A DNA stretch of 55,024 bases, the filler included, from Sphacelaria rigidula (Eukaryota): the NCBI GenBank assembly GCA_964200075.2. It is 4 parts of 4 records of this genome, joined end to end, with 100 filler letters (N's around TTAATTAATTAA, not from the genome) between each part and the next. Parts side by side here need not be neighbours in the genome. Positions count along the whole stretch, not along the records: positions 1 to 13,685 come from CAXNAA020002724.1; 3 more parts are not named here. One strand, written 5' to 3'. Shown piece by piece: positions 1 through 13,318 of this stretch. The notes below the pieces were generated by a model. That model was not told where the DNA came from and did no database searches. It saw only the letters and a program-made list of their open reading frames with translations. The number at the start of each line of letters is the position of its first letter. Within the stretch, counting starts at the first letter, position 1. A program made the position numbers and the translations under genes.

Positions 1-95
1 TATAGCGTCATCGCCAACCGACGCCAACCCCATCGGGGGTCCGCCTCTAGAAAGCCGGGACGGAGCACGCCCAGTTCTCGCCGGACCAGGCTGAC
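1..95 (+). repeat. Dispersed GC-rich repeat (copies at 42014-42105; partial at 41525-41655 and 55005-55024)
   Basis: TATAGCGTCAT.GCCAAC.GACGCCA.CCCCATCGGGGGTCCGC...AAAGCCGGGACGGAG.ACGCC..GTTCTCGCCGGACCAGG occurs in two different fragments. Confidence 0.85.
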
Positions 96-104
96 CCCAG
101 GGGG

Positions 105-445
105 TGGGGGTCGCGGCATCACTCATAAGTGTGTGTTGTGTGTTGTCATCCCCTCTATCCTGGACGTCGGTCTACACCTTTCGGAATATGTGGGCGCACC
201 AGCTGGGGTCACACAGGAGGAAGGTCAGCACAGGAGTTTACTCTTTCTTGTTTGTTTTAGCTCTCCACCTTCCTTCTGCGGTGCTTGCCTTCATTGTTTA
301 TCGTGAGAGGGGTTCAGTAGTCCATTTCCCTCGTCGACCGTCAAGTCGAATTCTGTGTACTCATGTTGTAGTCGCTCTCTGTTGTTGGGCATCATTGTGT
401 GAAAAGAAATCCCAGAACGCTCCGAGATTCGAACCCACAACCCAA
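105..445 (-). mobile_element. tRNA-headed SINE-like repeat, family A (minus-strand copy)
   Basis: The reverse complement of 295-445 aligns with 23460-23607 and includes a GGTTCGAATC box B. The 105-295 part is assigned to the same element by continuity only. Confidence 0.55.
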
Positions 446-718
446 GAAGTGTATGTATATGTGTTATGTAGTGTATATGGGTTGAAACACGCAACGTGAA
501 ACAAGAATACGGCGGGTCAAACCGTCAACGACGAGAAAAACAACAAGGGCGCCAAGTGAAACCTTAATTAGCAGGGCAATTCAGATTCCACTAGCACTGC
601 ACGCACTGTTCCCTCGGAGGGCGTGGTCGACGGGGGAAAAAAAAGTATTGACCTCAGTTTAGTTCGGGCCCAGTGACGAAGGAAACAGAGAATGAAATAA
701 CACACTATGTGGTCATAA

Positions 719-3700
719 TCAAGGCACTTGGAGCACGATGAACACATGCAATAACTCTGGTTTTGCATGAGTCAGAAAAGAAAAGAAAAAAAATGAGGTA
801 TACGATACTACGTGCACCTACATGGCCATCATCCAAACATTGGAAACACAGTGTGCAAAAAGACTGCAATTTAATATGAACCGATGGCAAAACAAAACTG
901 GACCTAGGATACATGTACACAGCCATAACCACGCACGTTGAAACACCAACGATGGTCGCCATCATACTAATCACTTTGAGCACAGTACAAAAGTGTGCAG
1001 CAGCGTGATAACTTACTTGCTTCCGCGAGGCTGAGCGACAGCGAATCTTCTCCCAGCTCTTTTGAAGGCGCTTTCGTTGTGCGTAGTCGCAGCACTTCCC
1101 TGCTACAGCCATGCACGACAAGTGGGGTTCATTGAACCCTCTAGGGGTCAATAGACGTTTGATTCAGCGAACGGAGACAGGCCTATCCTCTTTTGGTTCT
1201 CCACCACCATTAACTGCCTCTTCAACTCCTGGAATATATTTGGGTCATGTCATGAGGTACGACTTCCAACTTGTCCATTCGCCGCGAGCAACAACAACAA
1301 CAACAACAACAACCCTCATCACTTGCTTTGTTGCTGCACCGCGATATTGAGAAAGACTGAGGGCTTCTCTTTTTAGGCCCTCTCTTTAGAATCGTTCTAC
1401 TCGTCCGTGTCGTCGTATTTCACCAATGTCTGCTGAATGGGTCCCAGTGTTTTGGTAGGAAACGTGACAATTTCCCAACAATTCGCGATAAATAATGCTC
1501 TCTGAGCGACTCTACTTCTATTTATTTCCACATTTTTCTCCGATGACCAATTGTTCTCATTTTCCGGTGCGGTCGTTTCGCGCTACAGTATGTGGAATCA
1601 ATCTTAGTATTGGGTGAGATGTCGATATTGACGGGTTCTGCCTATAATACCGTGCCTCCGTGACAATATGAAACACAAGCATGCGAAAACGCGCGGAATC
1701 GGAATCAATATCCGCTTTTGAGAAAAATTGAGTGAGAACCTGAACCTGTTACGTCGTGCTACCGTAACTGCAAGGACGTACAGAAAAACAATTCGCTTAG
1801 ACGTACACGTACAAGTCATGATAGGTGGACTGCTTGACTAATTGCCTCCAACATGAAACAGCGCAGCGATGCACACGAACTACGGTTTATGTATGTGTCA
1901 TGTTTCCAGCACGCGAAATACGCCATAACATGAAAAACACGAGCAATTGACGAATTAGTTCAGAGATTAGTCCAGCAAAGAGACAACAACAATCATACCA
2001 AACGCACAGCTCATTGAACACACACAGGCACATGCACGCACACACATATGCTGGGAGAGAAGGGAATACGAGAGAAGCGATAAGATCATATAACCTCCGA
2101 CTGCTGCCGAGACAGCCCCCCCCCCCGAACCGGCCAAAAAAGTGCACGGAGGCGATGGTCATAAATGCCGTTAGAGCTGGTTTCGTGCTGCACGACGCGA
2201 CTCATTTGGGCGTTACAGCTAATTTCTGAAAGCTAAACACCTTTCATGTGGGCGAGATTGCTGCAAATGAGCCCGATAGTGGGATCGCAGCCGGTTTGTC
2301 GGAAGGTCTCCGGTGCACTTTTTGTGGGGGGCTATCTCGGCATTAGTCCTCCACCGATCTTAAGAAACGGACGGCATCTTCCTCACCCTTCGCTGATGAC
2401 ACTAGACTGCAAAAACGCGTAAACGTCGCTGACTTTCTCGTGCTTGTAGAACCCGCCCTCTAGAGTCTGACCGCTCGTGAGCTTGATCTTTTGCAGAAAA
2501 AAACAGAAACATGACACGAGATAACAGCGACAGCAACAGCAACCGCAGCAGCAACAGCAGCAGCAGGGATCGCAAAAGCGCGAGAAAACCCGTCACCATG
2601 GCGTCGCGAAGCCTGACAACATATGCACGTTCATCCATCGATTCGCACCCAGACTTGACGGAACAACACCCGAATGAGGCTGAAACTCGCGTGGATACAC
2701 ACCAATGTACACCGATTCCGAGGATTCCGGGGTATACGTAAAACAAAGCTGGGCCTAGAAACGCCTATTAACCCCTGGCATAGGTCCGATCCTGACTTTA
2801 GATTGTGCAGCACCATGCGAGAAAACTTTGGGCGGCAGCGCACCAAGCTGCGACAGTGCAGTCGGTGTTTGATCACTCCGTCTCACCATCAACAGCCGTG
2901 GTCACCGCGCTCGCAGGAGAGCAACTCGACCCCGCTACTCCTGTCAATTACTGTACAAAGTATAGCTACTTTGAAATATATATTCGCAACGATTTATTCC
3001 GAAAAAGCCAAGCCCTTTATTATTATATTGTTACTATACCCGTCACATTGGCTCGATATCTCGAACCCGTGGTCTCTTTAACCGCGGAAAACTCCATCTC
3101 TATTGTCGTGGCTAAACGTCCACAGCCAAAACAGTACAATAAAATAGAAGGGCAGAATACACCTCAGTACAATCAATGATATCACAGATGAAAAAATTAT
3201 ATCTGTCATTTTCCAGACCAAAGCCCCACCTTCAATATCGAGTCGGCGCACGCGTGTCCAACGGAAGCGCCTGCTGTTGCCCCACACGCTGCCACTCTCT
3301 CTCCTAGCCAACCTTTGGCCTGAGCCAGGTGGTCTAGCTGCGGCTCAGCCAAGAAATATACTGCTTCCCCGTGCTTTGTGATCCTGATAAAAACACAGAG
3401 AAAAAAAAAACGTAGGATAAGGGTTGGACGGAAGCAACACAACATATGATGACGTGACGACAGGGCTTGAATGAAGGTAATGAAGCGGGCACTACCAAGA
3501 AGGAGAAGATGAAGACTAGGAAAAAAATGACCGGGGAAACTAATGAACTTCGAAATATGATACTATTTTTTTTCATGCTTACACGCAAAACGAACTTGAT
3601 TCAAACCACCGCGCGAACAATTGGTGTGGCAAACATGATAACCATGAATCGTAGCTTTGGTATAGTGGACTCGCCCTCGGAAACAAGCATGGACGGTAAA

Positions 3701-6700
3701 AGCTGGACGTGTGTCTACCACTCGGTCATCAAGAAATTTCTCGGAAACATATTTTTTTGAATAACGCTAACGCTAACCCTAACCCCAATCCAAGGCATAC
3801 CGATGACCCTCGGGCGAGGGGGGTGCGAAGCGTTTCCTAGGCAAAGTGTGGCATTTGCATATCTCGACATGGCGCCGCAGGTGCTGATTTTGACGAAAAC
3901 GCGTTCTGCGCACGCGAGGGGCAGTTGGGGCTGTCAGCCCCGCTTAAGATCCGAATATCGGTGTTTACACTCAAATCAAGTTATAAAATTCCGGGAACGT
4001 TCTAATCGACCAAGTGGCGAACACTACTGAAAATCTGAAGGAATAGCCGGTGGAGCGCTCACGTACCTAACGAAGGCACATCCCGCATCGTAGTGACACT
4101 TGCGATTCACGAGTTACCTCGGAACCCGCCAGGGGACGCACCACCTTATCGAATCCGTAAAACTGCCACATGCCACAAACGAGCATGCTTTCACACCCTG
4201 GGCAATTGACACAATAATAGTCATAGTCCATTGCTTCAGTAATACACGCGGAGGAACACCCATCGATACACGTTGTCGAACACAATAGATGGTGAAACAC
4301 AGTACTTCGAAGTACGTTGACAAGTGTTGCAAGGGACAATATATGTTGAGCCGATCAACAGTCTATGGCAATTACAATAGATTACGATCACTGGCCATCA
4401 TATACCGCGGTAGACTCTTGTTGTACTTATCGATAGCCATTGACGTTGTCAAATAATATTTGGTGAGTAATCCATCGATAGTCATTGCCGTCATCAATAG
4501 ATTTGGCCAGCCGTGTTTCGGCAGCTTTTGCCGTCATAGACTTGATGAGCAATCCATCGATAGCCTCTGCCGCCAACAATGGATTTTGGGGTATTTATCA
4601 GTCGTCATTGCCTCAAACAACCGATTGTTCTAGGGAGCATCTATCGATAGGCAATGACTCCAACGATGAGTTTTGATAAATATATTGCTTACTGCAGTGG
4701 TCTTATGGCATCGACAGCAATATTCCTCACACATTAATACTCAACTACCTGAGGCGATAGCTGGCCATGGCTTCTGTGGAATAAGATTGAAACATACACC
4801 GAAAAATGTGCATACAGAACTAGTGATTGACGCCATTCAGCTTCTATTGTGACCAGCAACAGACATTGGTGGGCGCAAGTTGGATCCTTTTGTCAATCAT
4901 TTGTTTTGACGGTGGCGTTGCAGATCCTACTGTGATTGGCAACAGACAGTGGTGGCCGTAATTTAGAGCCTACTGTAACAAATAACATGTATCGACACAC
5001 AACTTGGCCACTCCAATGTTAACGCAATAATACATTATGTCCCTCATCCCGAATATGTTGTCGCCTACAGCAGCTACTGATAGACAGTGATGGCAGTCGA
5101 TTATGACTGACAATGAACATCGACAATTAAATTTTCGGGGCTTTTGCAGCGGCAATGTTCTACTACTGGTCTCTTGTCCAGGGTAAAAGCACATCTCACA
5201 CACGCACAAAAGTGCTAAAAACACCCATGTCCATCAGAGGGACAACCCTGAGTACCAACATTACATCAACAACAAAACTCGTGAACTTGTGTCTCCACAT
5301 ATTGCGGATTCCCACGACATACAATCATTCCAAATTTGCAGAATCGTGACGTTATACTTTCACAAGTGGTGTCATCATATACCCCCTTGCGTGTTCACCT
5401 GCGACTTCTCTTCCGTATCGTACTTCAACAGAGTATTATACGCTCTGTATTCAGTATATGTTGCAATGCGAGTGTGGCTATAGTCGACAGAGAATATCTT
5501 CAGGTAGGGATTGCATACCGCAGTAGATTCTGGTATGTATCTATCGACATTCATCGCCATCAATAGATTTCGTATGCAATCTATCAAAAGCGATTGCCGT
5601 CATCGATAGATTTTGTACAAAATCTATCAATAGTCATAGCTATCATCAATAGATATGGCACACAGTCTATCGATCGCCACTGCCACCATCAACGGGTTTG
5701 GAAATCTATCGATCGATATATTCGGTCGGCGGCGATAGTTTTAGGTCTAAGGCTAAAATGGACTGCCGCACGGACAAAAGAGTGGGGCAGGGGTCTATCG
5801 ATAGACATTGCCGACGACAACAGAAGGAGAAACTTGTCGACCGATAGCTATTATGGACGACAGTACTGGCATCTACTGCGGCAGGTTCTTTTGGTATTAC
5901 AATAGATACCGTCTACTGTCCGGGGTGTGCATGCTTTCACGACTGAACAGCTAGCATGGCACGGAGTCAATCCCCCATTTGGTCACAGTCAGTATCTACG
6001 TTTTCCCCGTGAGCATGCGAGGTTGAACGCCGTGCCCGATTCTGCGCTGCCCTATCTTCCTCGTGTCCTCACTTTTCGAATCCCAAGAGGTGTAAAAACT
6101 CCCGTCCTCCGTGACAGCCCATAATGGCGCGACTGATAGTCTTGTTATTGGCCCGCAGTTCCCTGAACTTCGGCTCTTCAGGCTTCGCCATAATGTTGTC
6201 CACCACCTTGAAGATATTTCGGGGGGGAAAAAATGTTGGTAGAGGATACTACAACTGCGGATGAAAATTTGCCAGCGAGTGAAGAAATGCTAGCATTGAA
6301 GACGAGGGCGTACTGGATTTACTTTTGCCAACCTCTTACTGATCACGAAATATATGAATGATGATTTCTAGGCCAAAACATGGGCGCTAAAGAGTTGCGA
6401 TATCTTGAGGAAATGTAGTTAACTTTCGCATGTACTTTATGAGCTGGAGGGCAAGGAAGCGTTTGTTTCATGCTCAAGAAGTGCCCGTGCTTTGTCGACT
6501 CCACAAAAAGATAGACCTACAAACACATGTAATTTGCGAATACGCATGTGAACATCACTCCTCTAGTGGTGAGGGGTACTTCCGCGTAAAAAAAAACACT
6601 GATGAAGATAAGCCTCTGTTCTTGCACATAAAAATAGAAGCGAATACGCATGTGAAAATCATTCCTCTAGTGGTACGGGTACTTTCCGCGCTTGAAAGAA

Positions 6701-7766
6701 ACACTGGTGAAGATAAGCCTCTGCTCTTGCACGTAAAAACCGAAGTGACGCACGTACTGAAAGGCGTGAAACTGAACGTGCCGACACGCGGCGATGTAGT
6801 GTTGATGTCGGGAAGTGTAGGCAAATAGGGGATGTTGAAAAGTTGCAACACATATTTGGTGGACTTCAAGGACACATCCCCATGTGAGGGTCACATTTTG
6901 CACAAAGGGTGATATTGGACTGAACACCGCCAGGAATCTCTGTACGGCATGTACTTTAGTACAAGCATTTTTTTTTTTTTCCTGGAAGGAGGAAACCTGA
7001 GCCAACACTTGCCCCGCAAGCAGGTTCGTGTATGGATTACCCGCAGGCTCGGCCAGACTGTCTCGTGGCAGTCATGCGGGGTAGGCGCCTCCAGCGTTCG
7101 GAAGTTCTGCTTAAGGCAGTGTGGGGGTCGGGCCCACTAGAAATCCCTATCAACTTAGAGCAGTACACGCGCCGCCATGCTCTTATGAGCTTCGGCCCCA
7201 GTCTTTCGTACAGCTGATCAAGGTAACATCGACTCCATCAAGAAATCGCGGCGATCTTGGGGACGTTTGTTTGTACTGCCAAATCATGTCACTATTCAAG
7301 GTGCCAGGAGGCCGCCAACATTCTTCAACACTAGAGAAGTGAAGCCCACCTCGATAAACAATTCAGTTAGCTGGACAAGCATGGCAGTAAGGCAGCCATC
7401 GATGAGGATGCAATAGGGTAGCCGTATTCATACGGACCCAACCGACCTTAACTGTAATCAGATCACACTACCTCTATCCTCTGAGCCTGCTGTGGAACGA
7501 ACCCTGGAGTCGCTGACTACGACGTGGTGCAGCACCGTACAATCGTAAGCTAATCGCAGGCTAATGGAACGGACGCACCCAAGGGCTGAGAATTATATAG
7601 GTAGTTCTAGGTTAGAGTGAACTCAGAGGTGGGAGCGAGCATTGGACAGTCGTGGGCAGGGTGTGAGGATCACCTTTGTTACTACCGCAGCGAAGTCGTT
7701 GACTTTGTCCATGGTGTTGCATGGCAAGTGTCGGCCGACTCTGTTGACCAGGCGCTTTCTGCGCTC
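719..7766 (-). CDS. PUB domain + UBX domain protein (p97/CDC48 cofactor, UBXN6/PUX2-like); 6 exons identified, start exon uncertain
   Basis: Hand-spliced minus-strand exons: 7766-7674, 6206-6073, 3383-3230, 2487-2387, 1099-1017, 756-719. All junctions are AG/GT and phases are consistent (603 nt, ending TGA). Translation: ERRKRLVNRVGRHLPCNTMDKVNDFAAVVTK|VVDNIMAKPEEPKFRELRANNKTISRAIMGCHGGREFLHLLGFEK (PUB signature NI..P.E.KFR...N...GG.EFL..LGF)|ITKHGEAVYFLAEP...ACADSILK|IKLTSGQTLEGGFYKHEKVSDVYAFLQSSVISEG|EVLRLRTTKAPSKELGEDSLSLSLAEAK|LLHVFIVLQVP* (UBX-like). The last exon is the least certain. A possible initiator is ATG|GTCAGT at 8679-8677. Confidence 0.85.
3755..3985 (+). repeat. Dispersed ~230-bp repeat beginning with (CCCTAA)-like telomeric hexamers
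   Basis: TAACGCTAACGCTAACCCTAACCCC...ACCCTCGGGCGAGG...CCTAGGCAAAGTGTG...AACGCGTTCTGCGCACG. Homologous to about 44190-44418 (-), 47050-47178 (-), 52883-53075 (+) and 53200-53400 (-). Confidence 0.7.
4340..5910. repeat. Two clusters of degenerate ~40-45-bp tandem repeats with internal dyad symmetry
   Basis: Consensus approximately TCTATCGATAGCCATTGCCGTCATCAATAGATTTG. Unit starts at 5540, 5580, 5623, 5666 and 5705, with similar units at about 4425-4700. Lies in an intron of the PUB-UBX gene. Confidence 0.7.
6536..6745. repeat. 104-bp tandem duplication (2 copies)
   Basis: GCGAATACGCATGTGAA...CCTCTAGTGGT...GAAGATAAGCCTCTG starts at 6536 and again at 6640. Confidence 0.85.
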
Positions 7767-10700
7767 CTGCAACGCCGGAGTAGCCATTCCTTCTCTTGCT
7801 GATGAAACAGGGCTCCGAACGAATTAGATTACCTAAAGACCACAGATTGATGCCGAAGTCTGAGTACAACCTCTCTCAATCTGCTGCTGAGCTGTGTGTG
7901 TTCTTGCCCGGCTATGAGCATTGTCTGATATTTTACTACGTTATATTTTCCCTGGTTTGAGTTGTGTCCCGTTGGTCACATAGCATACACACGGAGACAA
8001 GACATGCACGCGCACACATCTGATACACATATGGAGAGTAGAGATCTAGGGCTTCATCTTCTACTTGAAGAACTAGTGCGGTAGGTCTCGCGTGGATGCC
8101 GGGATATTTTTGGCATCAGTAGCAGCGATCTGGTTATACCTCACGATTCGTCTTGGATTGGATATGTCCCGTTGACCATTTTTTAGCCCCTACTTACTTA
8201 AGTCGATATTTCTTGTATTATGCTCGTGACAACAAGATATTTCCATATTCTAGATAACTGACAACAACAATAAGTAAAACACGCAATCGTAATGTATATT
8301 AGGACCAACTATTTGCAAAGCTTGGTATGAGTATGAAGAGGGACTCGCTTCTCGTCTTTTGCAAGTAGGATATGCTTCTTTTATATCCTATCGTCATGAT
8401 CCATCACGACGTTACTCCGCATGGTGCCGCAAACCGCCAGCCGCTTCTCATCTTTACGCCTGGCTAGGGCAGGTACGTAGAGGCTTCCAGTCGACTTGAT
8501 TGAGCAGCCCAGGGGCTAGATGTGTTTTCTTAGGATTTGAATGCACAGCGACCGTGAATGATGACCGCTGGACACCAAGATGGTCATGCACAAGGTGCCA
8601 GCAGCGAACAACACGAGGAGGTGATCGGAATGGGATCTCCCGCAGCTGCTGCAGGGGTCGCTGCGGTGATACTGACCATGCTCTGCGCCTTGATCTGGGG
8701 TTGGAAGACTCCGGAAGTTGTGGTGAGACCTCTCAAGAGTTGTGCTACTGATGGAAAAAAATGCTCAATTATTGTGAAGAGATAGCCGTCGTGCGTTGAC
8801 CTATTACAAGCTGGTTTCACCAAGAGACGGTCAAGTTTAGAAATAAGGTTATTCGGCTTTAGACCAATCCGTATCCCGTAGACAGCGAACCCCTCCCAGG
8901 TGGACTCAGATGGACTATGCCACAATTGGGGTTCAGAACAGCTCTTTTATTTCTTGCTACACATGCCGCTTTTTTTCATAACCATCTGGATGTTGGGCAT
9001 CTAAGCTATAGAGAAAACAGTCCCGGAGAACCCCTTACCGGTTTCGACCCTGCACTCTGCAGGCTAGCTCAGGGAGAGTGCCCAAAATTCAAAATGTATT
9101 CCCAACTAAATAGATACAAAGTGCGAACATTGACCCGATGTACTCGTATACATATTTGATATCATAGTGACCCCCATGAGCAAGCGAACAGCGCGACATG
9201 GCCAGATTTATTCTCGTATCCTTCGCCGTGGCGCTATCAGTAAAAATATTTCTCGATCAATCAGCGGTCTTCAAATTCTTCTGAACATTAAAATGCGAAT
9301 CCCCGACTCAATTTGTACCCAATCTCGCCACGAATCGAACCTTAGGGCGTGTCTTGGGCCTCTTGTTATAGACTGAACACTGAACAACGTCAATGAACTA
9401 AGTTCGGGCGGACGACTTTTCTCCGTGACTTTTTCACAGAAGTCAGGAGTCAGTTTTCAAAGTCCCACCTTATAGTCGCAGGAGTAAATCCAGGGGGGTT
9501 TTACATGCAAGGCCACCATATAGCCTGCCTGCAGATGGTGGTGGTGATTACATCACTGGTAGTAATAGTGTCGCAGGCGGTGCAGTGTGCAGCATTACGG
9601 TTTGTCCCATACCGCACACAACAAAGTCATGTGACATAGCAGTAGTCTTGGTACACAGGATACTACAGAGTTCGCAATTGGTGGCGGGCACGATTAGTGT
9701 CAAACGATACGAGCAGTCAACACAGCCAGTAGGGGCGACACTGTGCTATTTCATAGTAGTGACGTTGCCGGCGGAAAGGTACTGAATCTACTGTCCCTGG
9801 TCCTCCTGTCATGAAGAGGATGCACGGAGTGCTGCAGCAGCTATGCTGCTGCTACGGTACTGTACTACACCATGCATCGCTACTTTTGCACTGACTGTAC
9901 CATCGCGGGTGCGGTGTGCGAGGAGTGTGTAATGGAACGTCACTTTCTAGACAGTTTGATGTCACCATGAACTGACGGCTTTTCTCTGCGAGATTTTTCC
10001 AAATTTCGCTGTCTGGAAACGGCTCGCAGTTTCCAGAGAGTTTTTTCATGAAAGATGGCCCTGTAACATCGCGTTCTGAAGACAGTATCTGGAAAGTGAC
10101 CAACACGACTGTTTCCAGTGACTTTTTTCAGTCTATAAGAGCATATTTTATGGCAGTCACCACTCGCGATTTTTTCGAGCATCGGTGTACAGAACTATTT
10201 CACAAATCTGTGATACCATAAAATGGTCCCCCCGGTTTTGAAGAAATCGGGGTCTAAAAAAAATCGAGTTTCATTGCCGTAACAGATGGTCTAAGAAGCG
10301 GCCTTAGCACATTTTGTTTCGATCGAGAAAGTGCGGTGGAAATGATTTTTTTGGATCTGATAGGTCCGCCACATTTCTTTTCCTAGTTGGGCTTCAGCCA
10401 AATTTTATAATTAATTGCGTGCAGGGAAGGAGTAAAAAGCAGTAAAGCTAAGCTTTCCCGATCGAAACATGCGGTCGAAAGGCACGAAGGGGCACTTGAT
10501 TCCTATCTAACCACCACTCCAGATACCACCCGTTCACAGAGCCATGCAAACTCCACACAGCTCATTTTCGGCTAGAACCGCAACTCTGTAGCATAGAGCA
10601 CGAGTTGAGCACAGGGATGGATACACTGCAGTAGTTATGTATGCCTTTTTTTTTTTGCGAAAACTCAAGAACCTGCTTTTATGGTAGGGATCAGCGACGG

Positions 10701-13209
10701 AGCTCCGTTGTAGGGCAGGCAACCGCCTTACGTACAGTGCAGGCAGTACAGAGCCGTACGTTGTCCAAGTCCTTTTCACGTCGCACTGTAAGCAGAGATA
10801 ACAGATAATCCTGCGCTGTCCGTACTGCACGTTGTCCGCTTCTCTTTCACATCCTACTCTACGAAACACGCACACTCACACTCAAGACACACTGCATGCA
10901 AACAGTGCAGACAGTACAGACTGTACCGTACACAAGCGACCAAGTACCGCTTCACGAATTTCAGTCTTTTTCGATCGAAAGCTTGAAAATTCCCTTGGAC
11001 CCAACCCGAGGACAATGAGCGAATTTCGCTCAAATAAATTCCACCACCCCTTTTTTCTGATCGAAAAAAAAATGTGCGAAGACACACCCTTGGTAACCGC
11101 CATCAGCTACAGGGATTCTAAGGCAAAAAACAGATTTGGCAGCAGTTTTTATGGAGTCGACTTTTACCCCAAAACGTGGTATTTCAGTGACGTGGGGTTT
11201 CGGCGTCGTCGGATTTCCCCTGATAATATGCATCGAAGACCCAGAAGGTATCTTGACGTTTTCCCTTGTAACTTTCGTACAAAAGCTCCAATCATCCTCA
11301 AACTTGGCAGTTTGCCAGATACGGTTGCCTCGAATGGACAAAAACCAAACGTTGGGGGATATTTCAGAGTTTATCCGCCCTCGACCATCTTCTGGGGGTT
11401 CCAGCGTGAAGACCCCCAAAAGTCGGCATAGATTACTTCAAAATAAAATAATACAATTTGATTCGTCCCGAGGTAGTCCAAGGAACGCCTGTACAAAGTT
11501 CCGTTGCGTAACTCGAAGAACTGATACCTAACGGTCGATTTAAGCTTAAGCGCCCAAGGAAAACGTTGGTAGCATTCTGTATCCAAGTAATTAGAGTAGG
11601 TTTTGCCTACATCTGTATACTTCAACGCACAAGCGGCCAATTGCTGACGCCGTTTTATGGAGTTAGACCCTAATTTTGCATACGGGTACTCTGAGATATT
11701 TAGAAGGTCTGAATGAATGGGATCTTTCGATTTTTTTTCCACCAGATATCCGGAGGCCTAGGGAGAGGGGGCCAGGGTCTAACTTCAAAAACGGCGTGAG
11801 CAATCGCTGGGGAGTAAATTCCGGTTCTTCGCCTTGAACCAGCCTGTACAGCGTGCAGGTGCAGCATGCGTGTTGTATTTCTCCGCGGAATAGACACAAC
11901 GGCGAGAAAGAGTCAGCGTGCCATCGCTGTCCACTGAACACAATTTACTGCATGCCGATGCCCTTGCTTAGAGTTCCACAACAACCCTACATACTGTGTG
12001 AGGCTATGCTGGCAACACATGAGGGGTCAGGCAGGCGGCACAGACCACCAGCAGAGTACACCACATGTTATTTATGCCCATGTAATCCATGGTTGAATTA
12101 CCATGACCAAAACGAGAAATACGGCTAGACGGCGAAGTAGCCCACCTGTAGTCCACCTCTAGGGAAACAAAGTGACAATTTTGACAGCCGTGATTGATCA
12201 GAGTGGTCACTCCGCTCCCCTCGGGTCTCGATTCTGGCTTTTAATTTTCCGTTGGAAACTTCCAAACACACATGGTTGACGTGGTGAGTTTTTCCGATGG
12301 TGTGCAAACATGCCCCCATCCCCTGTCAAAAACCACCTTTTCGCCCCCTGGAAACCCCAGGATATCCCTGGACTATCAACCTTTGAAACTATTCCGAGAC
12401 GACGCTCGCTGCCTTAGGTTCACGGTAGCCGTTCTAAATTCTATTAAAAAAAAAAACATCGCCGGTTTTTGCTTCCCGCGATTCTGAACCGGGATCAAAA
12501 AACACTTTTTGGCACAAGCTTGAAGCTGTGCACATGTATTGAAGTTGGCGATGACCTAGTTGTTGTGCACCTGTACAACAGCAACCAAAGGAGACACAAC
12601 GACTGCACAGTTTAGCTATGCTAATTGGGGCCCAAGAAGTGTACAGACTGTTCGAGGACACCATACCGACCAGAGCCAACTAGACCCTGACTCCATTTGC
12701 TCTGTTTTTGCTCGTTTTCTGCATTTTTTTTTTACCCGCGTTTTTTTGCTTTTCTGCACTTTTTCTGCACTTCTGCGCCCCCCTCCCTTTTTTCGGCCCC
12801 TCAAGTTGTTTTTCGACCCTAAATTCCTTTCGGCCCCTCGCGTTGAAAATACGACCCTACCGCACATATCTTTCGCATTTCTCATGTATCGCATATATTT
12901 GTCGGCGACAATTTTTATGTGTGTTGTGTTCATAGTCTTTTTACCAGTACAAAGTGCCACATGATCATGGAGAGAAATGTATATGCTTCGAGTATCAGTC
13001 ACGCCGTGCTGTGGAATTTGCCATGACCTTCGCATACTGAACAAACGGTTCCCTCCCACAACATGAATAACTTCGAAAAACTAGAAGAAACCGATAGCGA
13101 CAGATCGCCCGAACTCCGCAACCCTCGCCGCCGCTACCTCGAAAAAAAATATCACCGACGCGCCTCCTTTAGCCCCTACTCTTGTTTCTATCCTCCCTCC
13201 GTATTCTTC

Positions 13210-13318
13210 ACTCTCCTCCTCTTTCTCTTCCTCCTCCTCCTCCTCTTTCTCTTCCTCCTCCTCCTCCTCTTTCTCTTCCTCCTCCTCCTCCTCTTTCTCT
13301 TCCTCCTCCTCCTCCTCC
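13210..13318. repeat. 24-bp CT-rich minisatellite (CTCTTTCTCTTCCTCCTCCTCCTC)x4
   Basis: Directly visible in the sequence; produces the low-complexity ORFs in all frames. Confidence 0.9.

Noticed and set aside
4340..5910. CRISPR-like repeat-spacer array
   Set aside because: Repeats are highly degenerate, linkers are under about 10 bp, there are no cas genes, and the context is a eukaryotic intron.
7400..7800. Plus-strand retroviral-type integrase remnant (RIHTDP..., ANRRLMERTH, FVTTAAK)
   Set aside because: 7674-7766 is better explained as an in-phase minus-strand exon of the PUB-UBX gene. The remaining motifs are too short to support a call.
8558..8785. 75-aa ORF with a hydrophobic, transmembrane-like stretch
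   Set aside because: No recognisable family, and it overlaps the probable 5' region of the PUB-UBX gene on the opposite strand.
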